A stretch of 64,000 bases of DNA from NCBI GenBank assembly GCA_965218795.1, contig OZ244653.1:2656001-2720000 (forward strand), read 5' to 3'. Source of the stretch: a bacterium. GTDB lineage: Bacteria > UBA8248 > JACPRG01 > G963555815. A program made the position numbers and the translations under genes. The notes beneath the pieces were generated by a model, which searched no databases, was not told where the DNA came from, and saw only the letters and a list, made by a program, of their open reading frames with translations. Each line of letters begins with the position of its first letter. Position 1 is the first letter of the stretch. Below, one piece after another: positions 10,128 through 20,175 of the stretch.

Positions 10128-10669
10128 GAGCGCAATCGACGAACCATCCACGAACCAGACGAGGCCGGGCAGTCCCGCCCTTCCTGCCGGTCATCCCTGC
10201 GATCCTCGCGGTGGCCATGGCACTGGGCGGCTGCGCGGCGACCCACGTGGGCGACGCCTGGCAATGCCCTTTGGCCCAAGGCGCGGCCTGCACGAGCGTC
10301 GCGGAGGCCGATCCGGCGGTCGCGGCCACCGGAAAGGCGCAAGGGTTCGCGACCCGGACACCCCTCTACCGGCCGGAAACCGGCGATGCCGGAGGGTCCG
10401 ACGCCCCCTGGGTTGGAGGCTGCGATCCCCTGGCCTGGCTCGCGAAATGGTTCGGGACCGGTCAGGACCGCGACGACGGCGCGACCCCTGCCGAACCGGA
10501 ACCCGTTTCGCCGGACGAAGGATCCCCGGATGCGGCCAATGACAGCCTGCGCACCCAAGAGAGCATCGCGCGGATCTGGATCGCGCCCTTCGTGGACGCC
10601 GACGGGGTCTACCGCGAGGCCCACTGGGTGCGCACGGTCCTGGAGCCGGCGCGCCGGAGGCTGCCGTGA
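10124..10669 (+). CDS. traV: TraV lipoprotein
   Basis: Lipobox LGGC, WQCPLAQGAACTSV, LRTQESIARIWIAPFVDADG. Confidence 0.85.
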   Translation: MRAQSTNHPRTRRGRAVPPFLPVIPAILAVAMALGGCAATHVGDAWQCPLAQGAACTSVAEADPAVAATGKAQGFATRTPLYRPETGDAGGSDAPWVGGCDPLAWLAKWFGTGQDRDDGATPAEPEPVSPDEGSPDAANDSLRTQESIARIWIAPFVDADGVYREAHWVRTVLEPARRRLP

Positions 10670-12902
10670 TCGAGCGCCTCAAGGACCTGCTCAGGGGACC
10701 GGACGCCCTGCAGCCCTGGACCCTTCCGGCCCTGCCGGCGCCCCTCGCCGGCCTCCTGCCCTGGCGGGCCTGGGACGAAGGGAGCGAGCTCTATATCAAC
10801 GCCGCGAGCTGCGGCTTCCTGTTGGAGCTGCCGCCCTTCGTGGGCATCGACGAGGAGACGCTGGGCGCGCTGGCCGGCACGCTCGCCGACGCCGCGCCCG
10901 AGCGCGCGGTGGTGCAGATCATCCATTGGACGAGCCCCCGGTACGGGGCCGCGATCGGGAGCTGGGCCGAGCCCCGGCGCCTGACGGGCGGGGTGCAGGC
11001 CGGGATGGCAAAACGGCGCGGGGCCCTGTTCGCCCATGCCGGCTGGCGCCCGCTCCACGCGGGCGGACCGCCCTTTACCCTGAACGACTGCCGGGTGTTC
11101 CTCGCGGCCTGCCTGGCGGGCCCGGCCGGACCGGCCGCCGAGACCGCCCTCGGGGGGTTCCGGCGGGCCTTGGAGGGCACCCTGGCCTCGGCCGGGGCCG
11201 CGGCGCGGCGGGTCGAGCCGGACGTTCTGCTGTCCCTCGCCGCGGAACTAGCGGCCCCCGACCTGGCGGGAGAGCATGACGGCGGGCTCGACCGGCCGCT
11301 AAGGCGCTGGTCGCCCAGGGACCCCATTCATCTTCAGTGCGCGACCCCGGGCCGGGCACTCACCGTCGCGCCCACGGGCCTGGTCTTCCTTCACCCGGAC
11401 GGGACGGACGTGGCGGTGCGCGTGCTCTCTGCCCGGGCCTTCCCCGAGGTCTGGCCCGGATGGCGCGGCAACGCCCTGATCGGCGACTTCCACCGGGACT
11501 TTTTGCAGCCGGGCGCCCCGGTCCTGACCACGCTTACCGTCGCGATGGGCGACGCGGCCGACGGCGAGCGCGCCTTCCTCAAGTCCGCCCGGGCCACGCA
11601 GCAGGCGGGCACGGGGATCGCGCGCTACCTGCCGGGCCTGCCCGAGAAGGCCCAGGACTGGCGCTTCGTCACCGAGCGGCTCAAGGACGGCGAGCGGCTG
11701 GTCAAGGCCTGCTACATGATCGCGGTCTACGCGCCCCTGGACGCCATCGACGAGGCCGAGCAGGCGGTGCGCGCCATCTATCACGGCCAGGGCTGGCGCC
11801 TGGGCGCCGAGCGTTACGCCCACCTGCCGGCCTGGCTCGCCTGTTTGCCCATGGTCCCGGCCGGCGGGCTCGACGCCGATCTCGCCCGCATGGGCCGGAT
11901 GAAGACCCTGCTCACCTCCTCGGCCGTCAATCTCGCACCGGTGCACGGTGAGTGGCGCGGCCAGGGGGCGTCGCCGGACGCGCCGCCGGCGCTGCTCCTG
12001 ATCGGAAGGCGGGGCCAGCCCGCGTGCTGGTCCCCCTTCGCCAACGAGGCCGGCAACTACAACGTGGCCGTGACCGGCAAGTCCGGGTCGGGCAAGTCGG
12101 TCCTGATGCAGGAGCTGGTCTCGGGGATCGCGGGCTCGGGCGGCGAGGCCGTGGTGATCGATGACGGGCGTTCCTTCCAGCACACGGCCGAAGCCCTCGG
12201 CGGCGCCTTCATCGCGTTCGGCAAGGACCCGGCGAGACTCAACCCCTTCGCCATGATCGACGCGGAGGTCGCGGCCCGGGACGGGGACTACCGCGAGGAA
12301 TGCTTTTCCATGCTGGCCGCCGTGGTCGGGCGCATGTGCCGGCGGCGCGGACGCATCGACGACATCGAGGCGGCGCTCATCGACGAGGCCATCGCGCGCG
12401 CCTGGGAGGAGGCCGGCAACGGCGCCGACCTCGGGACCGTGCAGAGAAAACTCGAGGAAGCGGGCGACCGAAGGGCGTCCGACATGGCTCTCGCCCTCGG
12501 ACCGTGGCGGCCGGGCGTGGTGCTCATGCTGGTGGTCTTCCTCGCCACCCAGCGCATGTATCACGGCCCCAGAACCTGGCCCAGAAGGACGAGTCGGTGG
12601 AGCTCCTCAAGCAGGAAAAGCGCATCCACTGCGATCCCGGCATGGAGCGGGCCCTCAAGAGCCTGGCCACCGTGGACGGCCGCCATGCGGAGCTGGTGCT
12701 GCACGGCCCGGACGGCTGGCGCGTGGCGCGGCTCGCCCTGGACCCCTGGTCCGTGGCCCTCTACTCCTCGCGCGGGCCGGCCTTCGCCGCGGTCGAGCGG
12801 CTGAAGGCCGATGGCCTCACCACGGAACAGGCCATCGACCGCATCGCAGAGGGCGACGGTCCGGAGGCCACGGCGGCCGGCCCTGCGGGCAGCACGCCGT
12901 GA
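10666..12902 (+). pseudogene. traC: TraC (VirB4-like ATPase) with two internal deletions and a frameshift
   Basis: GNYNVAVTGKSGSGKS Walker A, IDDGRSF; no DEAW Walker B; C-terminus (QKDESVELL...LDPWSVALYSS) continues in another frame from about 12575. Confidence 0.85.
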
Positions 12903-12935
12903 TGCCCTCCATAGCTTAAACAGAAGGCGACGCAC

Positions 12936-13697
12936 ATGAGCAAGGACAGGAACAGGCGGGCTCCATCAAGCGCCGCGACCCGGTCGGAGGAGTCCGGACA
13001 CGGGGACCGGCCCCTTGCCTGGCCGGGGGATCCGGAAGGGCTGACGGCGGACGCCGTCGACTTCGAGGCCCTGGCCCACGTGCTGGCCAACACCTGCCGC
13101 AGGGGCGGCCGGCTCAGGCGGTTCCACTCGCTGGCGGCCCATGCGGTGTTGATGAGCGAGGAGATCGAGGCCTTGGGCGAACCCGGGACCGGTGATGGCC
13201 GGGCAGTGGCGCTCCATGCGCTTCTCGTGGACGCGAGCGTTGCGTGGCTGGGGCCCGAGGCCGCTTCCTCACAGCGCGGGGCGGAGCGGCTGAAGCGGCT
13301 CAACGGGATCGTCGACCGGGCCGTGCGCGAGTCGGCCGGGCTCGATGCGGAGCCCTCCCCGGAGCAGGCGGAGCTGCTGCGTTTCGTGGCCCGCATGGCC
13401 GAGGCCGCGGAGGACCGGGACCTGCCGGGAGCGCGGGACGGCGCGGCTTCCGCGGTGGCCTTCCCACCCCTCAAGCGCCGCATCCGGACCGTGGATCCGG
13501 ATCGGGCGGCCAGGCTCTGGCTGGACCGCTTTCAGGCCCTGAAGGGGCCGAAGGGCGCCAAACAGGGTCACATCGCACCCGGCCTGGAGAAGTCTCTTCA
13601 AGAGAACGATCAAGCCCATCAGGAAGAAACGCATGTCGCGCGCATGCGACGCATGCGAACACAGACCGAGGCCGGAGGGACGAGCGATGAGGATTGA
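12936..13697 (+). CDS. HD-phosphohydrolase-like (YfbR/YfdR-type) protein with degenerate active site
   Basis: ALAHVLANTCRRGG..FHSLAAHAVL..ALLVDASVAWLG resembles IAHALS..CRFGG..YSVAQH..LLHDAAEAYLGD but has VD in place of HD. Confidence 0.7.
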   Translation: MSKDRNRRAPSSAATRSEESGHGDRPLAWPGDPEGLTADAVDFEALAHVLANTCRRGGRLRRFHSLAAHAVLMSEEIEALGEPGTGDGRAVALHALLVDASVAWLGPEAASSQRGAERLKRLNGIVDRAVRESAGLDAEPSPEQAELLRFVARMAEAAEDRDLPGARDGAASAVAFPPLKRRIRTVDPDRAARLWLDRFQALKGPKGAKQGHIAPGLEKSLQENDQAHQEETHVARMRRMRTQTEAGGTSDED

Positions 13698-13727
13698 GAG
13701 GAGGCAACAAGCGTCAGGGGCCCGATC

Positions 13728-14096
13728 ATGAGCGGACCCACGACGTTGGTCGCCGCACTCCTGCTGTCCGCCGGCGTGGCCGCGGCGGTCTCGGCCGTCA
13801 CGGCGCGCATCGCCCTGGAGAGGGTCCCGCGCATCGCGAGCGTCCGGCTGGCCGAGCTCACGGCGGACTACATGGCAAAGGCCGCCCGGGACCACGGGGA
13901 CCAAGAGGAGGCCGTAAAAGCCGTGCGCGGCTGGGCGCATCGGCTCGAAGAGGCGCTCGTCCGGACGGCGGCGCGCCACCGCGCGGTGCTGCTGCCGGCA
14001 AGGGCGGTCGCCGGCGGCGCGCCGGACCTCACCGCCGAGGTCGAGGCGGCCCTGTCCAAAACCCATCCCCCGAAGAACCCGGAGGAAAAACAGTGA
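13728..14096 (+). CDS. trbI: TrbI (F-type)
   Basis: N-terminal TM, IASVRLAEL, VLLPARAVAGGAPDLT. Confidence 0.8.
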   Translation: MSGPTTLVAALLLSAGVAAAVSAVTARIALERVPRIASVRLAELTADYMAKAARDHGDQEEAVKAVRGWAHRLEEALVRTAARHRAVLLPARAVAGGAPDLTAEVEAALSKTHPPKNPEEKQ

Positions 14097-14668
14097 GGGA
14101 GAACCTGCACGCCTTGCCGCGAGCGCCCGGACGGCGAGCGTCTGAACGAACCGGGCGTGGCCGCAAGATCCTGCTCTGGGCGGCCGTGCTGGTCGCGCTG
14201 TGGCTCGTCGCGGCCTCGCGCGTCTACGTCAATGCGAGCTGGTCCGACGGGGCCTGGGGGTATTTCGTGCTGCCCCTCCTGGGAGAGCCCCAACGGGGCG
14301 ATGCGGTCCTGTTCGACCCGCCCGAGGCGACGGGTTCGGCGGTCCCCTACCTCAAGACCGTGCGCGGCCTGCCCGGAGACCGGGTGGAGGTGGACAGGGA
14401 CCGCCGGGTCTCGGTGAACGGCGCGGCCCTCGGGATCGCCAAGACCCATGCAATGGACGGCCGTGTTCTGGACGCGGTCCGGACGGGCGTGATTCCGCCG
14501 GGCCGCTACTACGTCCACGCCGATCACGTGGACAGCCACGACAGCCGCTATGAGGAGATCGGGCTCATCCCGCAGGAGCGCATCCGGGGCCGGGCCTGGG
14601 CCCTGCCCGACGTTCCCTGGCTCGGGCTCAAGGGACCGCTCGCAAAACCCGAGGAGGCGCGGCCATGA
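14093..14668 (+). CDS. trhF: Conjugative S26 peptidase (TrhF-like pilin maturase)
   Basis: VNASWS, YLKTVRGLPGDRV, SHDSRYEEIGLI; GTG start overlaps trbI stop. Confidence 0.8.
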   Translation: MRENLHALPRAPGRRASERTGRGRKILLWAAVLVALWLVAASRVYVNASWSDGAWGYFVLPLLGEPQRGDAVLFDPPEATGSAVPYLKTVRGLPGDRVEVDRDRRVSVNGAALGIAKTHAMDGRVLDAVRTGVIPPGRYYVHADHVDSHDSRYEEIGLIPQERIRGRAWALPDVPWLGLKGPLAKPEEARP

Positions 14669-15336
14669 CGCGGCGTCTTCCCCTGCCCCGCTTCCGGCTG
14701 GCCATCATCTGCTGCGCGCTGATGCTTACGGTGCGGGCCGCTCCTGCAAAAGACCTCGGCGTGCGCGGCACGGTGTGGAAGGTCGCCGAGCCCGACCTGC
14801 TCGCTCAGATCGAGGCCCGGCTTGAAGCGCTGAAGGCCTCGGGTGACCTCACCCGCATGCGCCGCGAGGCCCTGGGCCGGGGCCGGGAGCGCATCGAGGC
14901 ACCTGGGCGCGTCGAGGGCATCGGGCCCGCGCGTGTTCGCCGCACCCGGTTGCTCGATCCTTCCATCACGGTCGAGCAAGACATCCTCGCGCACGACGGA
15001 ACCCTGATTGCGGCCCAAGGCGCACGGATCAACCCCCTGGAGGTGTACCCGCTGACCCGGGACCTGCTGTTCATCGACGGCTCGCGGCCGGCCGAGGTCG
15101 CCTGGGCCCTCGGCCACGACCGGCCCGCGAGGATCGTGCTCCTGGCGGGCCGTCCGATCGACCTGATGCGCGCCCACGGACGGCCGTTCTTCTTCGACCA
15201 GAACGGCCGGCTCTCCAAACGGTTCGGGCTCCGCGCCACCCCGTCCCTGGTCGCGGCCGAGGGATCGATGCTCCGGATCACGGAAGTGCCGCTCGACGAC
15301 GAAACAGACCTCACGACCGCCGGAGGCCGGCCATGA
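14665..15336 (+). CDS. traW: TraW
   Basis: KDLGVRGTVWKVAEPDLL, DPSITV, INPLE, FFDQNGRLSKRFGL. Confidence 0.92.
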   Translation: MTRRLPLPRFRLAIICCALMLTVRAAPAKDLGVRGTVWKVAEPDLLAQIEARLEALKASGDLTRMRREALGRGRERIEAPGRVEGIGPARVRRTRLLDPSITVEQDILAHDGTLIAAQGARINPLEVYPLTRDLLFIDGSRPAEVAWALGHDRPARIVLLAGRPIDLMRAHGRPFFFDQNGRLSKRFGLRATPSLVAAEGSMLRITEVPLDDETDLTTAGGRP

Positions 15337-16334
15337 AGCCCTGGAAGACCTTAGGAATAGCGCTGGTCCTTGCCGGCGCCCTGTCCACGGGGACCGCGTC
15401 CGCACAGTCCTGCACCGGGCGTTTCGTGAACCCCGTCACGGACGTGTGCTGGGAGTGTTTGTTCCCGATTTCGATCGGTCCGATCCGCATGGGCGGCGCC
15501 GCGGGCGCGCCGGACACGCCCAACCCGGGATCGCCGATCTGCCTCTGCGGCTCTCCGATCCCCAGGATCGGGCTCTCCCTGGGCTTGTGGGAACCGGCGC
15601 GGCTGATCGACGTCAGCCGCGCTCCCTGGTGCTTCCCCAACCTCGGGGGCATGACCATCGACCCGGGCCTGCCCGCGGGACGCGGACGCACGGGCTCATC
15701 GAGCGGCGACGGCGCCTCGGGATCGGTGTGGCACGTCCATGACTACGCCTATCCCCTCCTCTCCTGGATCGGGGCGCTTCTCGACATGGGCTGCCTCGAA
15801 AGCGGCGGGCTCGACATCGCCTGGGTCTCCGAGCTCGACCCGGCCTGGCTCGACGACGAGCTGTCCTTCCTGCTGAACCCGGAAGCCGCGCTGTTCGCGG
15901 ACCTGCCGGCCCAGGCGGCCTGCGCCGCCGATTGCGCCGCCGCCTCGGCGGGCCTGCCGCTGGATCCGCTGTTCTGGTGCGCGGGCTGCCAGGGCGGGAT
16001 GTACCCCCTGACCGGGAACGTGGCCGCCCACGTGGGCGGGGTCCAGGCCTCGCTCCTCGCGGCCGGACGGCTCGTGTTCCGCCTTCACCAGCTCCTGCTC
16101 GCCTGGGGCACGTCGGGGACGGCGGCGCTCTGCGGGCGCTACCCCATGCCCATCATGAAGAAGTCCCAGTACCGCTGGCAGATGACCCAGCCGGTCCCGG
16201 CCACTTCGCCCCTCACGGGCTGCAACCCCACGGGCCGGTCCTCGGTGATCTGGGAAGCGCTGCGCGAGCTGCCGGTCTCGGGCGAGAGCTTCGGCTACCT
16301 GCTCTGGCGCAAGCGCAACTGCTGTCTGCTCTGA
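15333..16334 (+). CDS. traU: TraU
   Basis: CTGRFVNPVTDVCWECLFPISIG, SELDPAW, WRKRNCC. Confidence 0.95.
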   Translation: MKPWKTLGIALVLAGALSTGTASAQSCTGRFVNPVTDVCWECLFPISIGPIRMGGAAGAPDTPNPGSPICLCGSPIPRIGLSLGLWEPARLIDVSRAPWCFPNLGGMTIDPGLPAGRGRTGSSSGDGASGSVWHVHDYAYPLLSWIGALLDMGCLESGGLDIAWVSELDPAWLDDELSFLLNPEAALFADLPAQAACAADCAAASAGLPLDPLFWCAGCQGGMYPLTGNVAAHVGGVQASLLAAGRLVFRLHQLLLAWGTSGTAALCGRYPMPIMKKSQYRWQMTQPVPATSPLTGCNPTGRSSVIWEALRELPVSGESFGYLLWRKRNCCLL

Positions 16335-16344
16335 GGAGGTCGAC

Positions 16345-16851
16345 ATGAACGATAACCCGATTCGCAAGACCATCCCGGCTCTCGCCTGCGCGCTCCTGCT
16401 GGCGGCCTGGTGCGGCCCGGCCCGGGCCCAGGAAACAGCCAAGGACCTGGCGCGCGATATGGTCGATCAGGTCCTGCGGCAACCGGGAAAAGCCCGTGGC
16501 GGGGACCTGGACGCCTGGTCGCGCTCGGTGATCCAGCGCGCGCTGGAACGCGCGGGCAAAAACGCCCCCGGGACCTCCGGCCCGGTCCTGGGCCGCAAGT
16601 CCGGCGCCACGATCGATCCCCGGCTGTTCCGGATCTTCGGCATCGAGGCGATCCCGGCCGTGGCCGTGGTTCCTGGCGGGATCCCGCCTTGCACGAGCCG
16701 GGGCTGCGCAACGGACCCCACGCCGCCCCACGACCGCATATCAGGAAACATCGGCCTGGAAGCGGCTCTCGAGGCCATCGCCGAAGAGGGAGGGCCGGGC
16801 CGGACAGCCGCCCGCCGCCATCTCGCGAGCCTGAGAGGAAACCGTCCATGA
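16345..16851 (+). CDS. trbC: TrbC (F-type), apparently with an in-frame internal deletion
   Basis: IDPRLFRIFGIEAIPAV and HDRISGNIGLEAALE present; usual central FVSFSMP...LRG block absent. Confidence 0.75.
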   Translation: MNDNPIRKTIPALACALLLAAWCGPARAQETAKDLARDMVDQVLRQPGKARGGDLDAWSRSVIQRALERAGKNAPGTSGPVLGRKSGATIDPRLFRIFGIEAIPAVAVVPGGIPPCTSRGCATDPTPPHDRISGNIGLEAALEAIAEEGGPGRTAARRHLASLRGNRP

Positions 16852-17900
16852 GCCGCAAGAACGGAATAAAGGCCTTCGTCTTGGCCCTGCTGGTCCTGAC
16901 GCACCTCGTCACCGGCAAAGTCCGGGCCGAAGACCCGGGGGCGGGCGCCATCGCGAAGAACCCGGCATCCGCCGCTGACGTGCCGGGCTACGCAGGAACG
17001 AACCTGCCCGAGAGGAGCCTGGGTCCCGACGATCTGGGGGACGCCGCAAACCGGGTGATAAACGATCCCGCCGATCCCGGGGGCCAAGCCGGCCGCGCGG
17101 TGATCGAGGGTACGGTCAAGCGCCCGGACGCGCCGGTCGGGACGGACGATCCGATCGCGCGGCGCGGGCACGGGATCCAAGGCGACGCCCATTCCCCCCT
17201 CTGGGGCGCGGACGGGATCGCGTCCGGATCGGCGACGGGCTGCGACGCCGTGATCGAGCGCGCCGAGGCCGGGGGCCATTGCGGCTCGGTCTCCTGGTGC
17301 GTGGGCGCGGACTGTGGGACCGCGGCGGTCCGGGCCAACGCCGGGTTCGTGGATTCGGCGGCCCGGCTCAACATGGCCATCGAGCTGGGCAGCGAGGAAT
17401 TCGACCGCCAATCCCTCCGGTTCTTCCGGGGCGAGCGCCGGTCCTGCCGGATCCAGTGGGGCGGGCTCGCCGATTGCTGCAAGAACTCGGGCGCGCTCAT
17501 CGGCCTGGCCGACTGCACCGAGGGAGAGCGCCTTCTGGCCGAGGAGCGCCATGCCGGGAACACGCATTACCTGGGCAAGGGATGCGCGAAGCGGATCTTC
17601 GGCGTGTGCATCCGCTGGAAACGGTCCTGGTGCGTGTTCGGCTCGAAGCTCGGGCGCATCCTGCAGGAAGCGACACGCAGCCAGCTCGGGATCGGCTGGG
17701 GCAGCTGCCGCGGCTTCACGGTCGACGAGATGGAACGCATCGACTTCGAGGCCGTGGACCTCTCCGAGTTCACCGAGAACCTGCTCGACGGGTCGCATGA
17801 GCCCTCGATCGAGCTTCCGGAAGCCGGCCGAACCGGCGCGGTGATGCGTGAGCGCATCCGCGGCTTCTACACCCGAAGCGAGGGAGGGAGGCGGCCATGA
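16848..17900 (+). CDS. traN: TraN mating-pair stabilisation protein (short form, about 350 aa)
   Basis: FFRGERRSC, DCCK, HYLGKGC, WCVFGSKLGRILQE, CRGFTVDEMERIDFEAVDLSEF. Confidence 0.88.
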   Translation: MSRKNGIKAFVLALLVLTHLVTGKVRAEDPGAGAIAKNPASAADVPGYAGTNLPERSLGPDDLGDAANRVINDPADPGGQAGRAVIEGTVKRPDAPVGTDDPIARRGHGIQGDAHSPLWGADGIASGSATGCDAVIERAEAGGHCGSVSWCVGADCGTAAVRANAGFVDSAARLNMAIELGSEEFDRQSLRFFRGERRSCRIQWGGLADCCKNSGALIGLADCTEGERLLAEERHAGNTHYLGKGCAKRIFGVCIRWKRSWCVFGSKLGRILQEATRSQLGIGWGSCRGFTVDEMERIDFEAVDLSEFTENLLDGSHEPSIELPEAGRTGAVMRERIRGFYTRSEGGRRP

Positions 17901-18724
17901 CCATCCCGTACGCCCTCGCGCTCGCCTGCCTCCTCGCCGTCCCCGCGGCGCTACCCGCGGATGCGCGGGAATGGCGGCCTTGGTGCGGTCCCCGATCGGG
18001 CACGGATCGGGACGCGGCACCCTCGCTCGGCTGGCACTTCTATTGCGACCGGAACAAGGAAGACGCGGAAGAGGACACGCCAACGGCGCCGCCTCCTGCC
18101 GGGTCCTCGCGGCCCGAGACCGCAGCGGAACGAGTCCTGAAGATACGCCGAGCCCTGGAGGAAGCCCGGGCCCGGGCCATCCTGGAACCGAGCGCGGAGA
18201 ACGTCACGGCCTACCTGCATCTCCAGCAGGAGGCCCTGCATAAGGCCGCCTTCTTCTCGGACGCCTTCCGCCGCACGGTCTGGGCGAGCCCCGCTCTCGA
18301 TTACACCCTGAAGCGTCCGGTGGGCGCGCTCGCCAAGCAGGTCTGGTCGGAGCAGCGCCGGGCCGAGCGGGACGCGGTCCTGGCCCGGCTCGGCGAGCGT
18401 TACGGGCTCATCTATCTCGGCCATGCGCAATGCCCGGGATGCCGCGTGTTCGGCCCCCTGCTGCGCGCCTTCGCGCTGCGCCACGGCCTCGACGTGCTCG
18501 CGGTCTCCATGACGGGCGAGCCCCTCGAGGGGTGGCCCGAGGCGGTTCCGGACCAGGGCCGGGCCGAGCGTCTCGGTCTCGAGGCCCCGGTCTTCCCCGC
18601 CGTGGTCCTCTACGACACGCGAACCGGGCGGGCCCTGCCGGTCTCCTTCGGCGTGGTCGCCGAGGACCAGCTCGCCGAGCGCATCTTCGCCCTCACCGCA
18701 CGGGAGATCGGACATGACTATTAA
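17897..18724 (+). CDS. traF: TraF (thioredoxin-like)
   Basis: GWHFYCD, AILEPSAENV, PALDYTLKRP, CPGC. Confidence 0.9.
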   Translation: MTIPYALALACLLAVPAALPADAREWRPWCGPRSGTDRDAAPSLGWHFYCDRNKEDAEEDTPTAPPPAGSSRPETAAERVLKIRRALEEARARAILEPSAENVTAYLHLQQEALHKAAFFSDAFRRTVWASPALDYTLKRPVGALAKQVWSEQRRAERDAVLARLGERYGLIYLGHAQCPGCRVFGPLLRAFALRHGLDVLAVSMTGEPLEGWPEAVPDQGRAERLGLEAPVFPAVVLYDTRTGRALPVSFGVVAEDQLAERIFALTAREIGHDY

Positions 18725-20153
18725 GCAAAGGATTGCGGGCATGACCATGGCTGCCCACGCATTCGTGCTCGTGTGGGCCGCCTCGCTCTGTCTGGCTCCG
18801 CCCGCGGGCGCGGACGTCCTCTCGGAGATGGAGAGCTTCTGGAGGGGTGCGGCCGTGAACACCACCGGGCCGACCGCCTTCGACGGCCAGGCCTCGGGCC
18901 ACTGGACCCTGGGCAACCTCTACCTGCGAGCCCCGGTGCGCTCCGAGCCCATCGCCACGGTGAGCCTGCCCTCCTTCCGGGCCGGCTGCGGCGGCATCGA
19001 CGCGTTCGCCGGCGCCTTCTCCTTCATCGATTCCGACCAGCTGATCGCCTTCGGCCGCGCCGTGGCCCAGAACGCCGCCGGCTTCGCCTTCGAGCTGGCC
19101 CTGGAGACCATCTCGCCCGTGATCGCCGAGACCCTGTCCAAGCTCCGGGCCCTGGCCCAGTGGGTGAACAGCCAGAACCTCAACTCCTGCGAGACCGCCC
19201 AGGCCCTGGTCGGGGCGGTCTGGTCCAAAAACGACCGGGCGAGCGCTGCGATCTGCGCGGCCATCGGCACGAGACAGGGGATCTTCTCCGACTACGCGGC
19301 CGCGCGCCACGGCTGCGGCGCGGACGGCAAGCGCCACTCGACCCTGGCCGCCGCCTCGGGACCGCTCAAGGACCAGGCCCCGGTCAACGTCAACTACGCC
19401 TGGCGCGCGGTGAGGGCGTCGGGCTTCCTGGCGTCCGACCGCGACCTCGGCGAGTTCGCCATGTCGATCTCGGGCACCGCGATCGTCACCGCCCCGGTCT
19501 CGGACAGCGACGATTCCGGCCCCAGGATACGCATCCTGGAGCCCCTGGCCCTTGACCGCCGGGTGACCGAGATCCTGATGGAGGGGGGAGGCGACCTCCC
19601 GGTCTACCGCTGCGACACCTCCGTGGACTGCCTCAACCCCGTCCTCGGACGGCTCACCGTGCCGGCGGCCCGGGGATTCCGGGACCGGGTCGCCGGCCTG
19701 CTCCGCCGGCTGGTCGAGGCGGTGCGCGCCGACACGGCGCCCCCGGCGGACGCATTGGGGCTCGTCAATCTCACCACCCTGCCGGTCTACCGGGTCATCA
19801 ACACCGCCGCCGCCTATCGCGGCGCGGTGGTGGACCAGGAGGTGGACGCCCTGGCCGAGGCCGTGGCCCTGGACGTGCTCCAGGTCTGGATCTCGGACCT
19901 GCACAGGACAATCGAGGAACGCGCCGGCACCCTCGACATCGCCGACCACGACCAGCTGGAGCGCTGGCGCGAGGGGCTGCGCCGGAACCGGACCGCCCTC
20001 GCCAGACACCGTCATGAGGGGCTGGAGCGGTTCAACACCGCCCTCGCCGTGGTGGAGAAGCTCAGGCTGATCGAGACCGAGCTCGCGGGCGCGCTCTCGG
20101 CCGAACTCAGGGCGGCGCTGGCCTTCTCACGGGGCGGCGCAGGGGCCCGATAA
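18714..20153 (+). CDS. traH: TraH
   Basis: NTTGPTAFDGQASG, LPSFRAGCGGIDAFAGAFSFI, NSCETAQALVG. Confidence 0.95.
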   Translation: MTIKQRIAGMTMAAHAFVLVWAASLCLAPPAGADVLSEMESFWRGAAVNTTGPTAFDGQASGHWTLGNLYLRAPVRSEPIATVSLPSFRAGCGGIDAFAGAFSFIDSDQLIAFGRAVAQNAAGFAFELALETISPVIAETLSKLRALAQWVNSQNLNSCETAQALVGAVWSKNDRASAAICAAIGTRQGIFSDYAAARHGCGADGKRHSTLAAASGPLKDQAPVNVNYAWRAVRASGFLASDRDLGEFAMSISGTAIVTAPVSDSDDSGPRIRILEPLALDRRVTEILMEGGGDLPVYRCDTSVDCLNPVLGRLTVPAARGFRDRVAGLLRRLVEAVRADTAPPADALGLVNLTTLPVYRVINTAAAYRGAVVDQEVDALAEAVALDVLQVWISDLHRTIEERAGTLDIADHDQLERWREGLRRNRTALARHRHEGLERFNTALAVVEKLRLIETELAGALSAELRAALAFSRGGAGAR

Positions 20154-20175
20154 ACAATATCGGGAGAACGCGACC

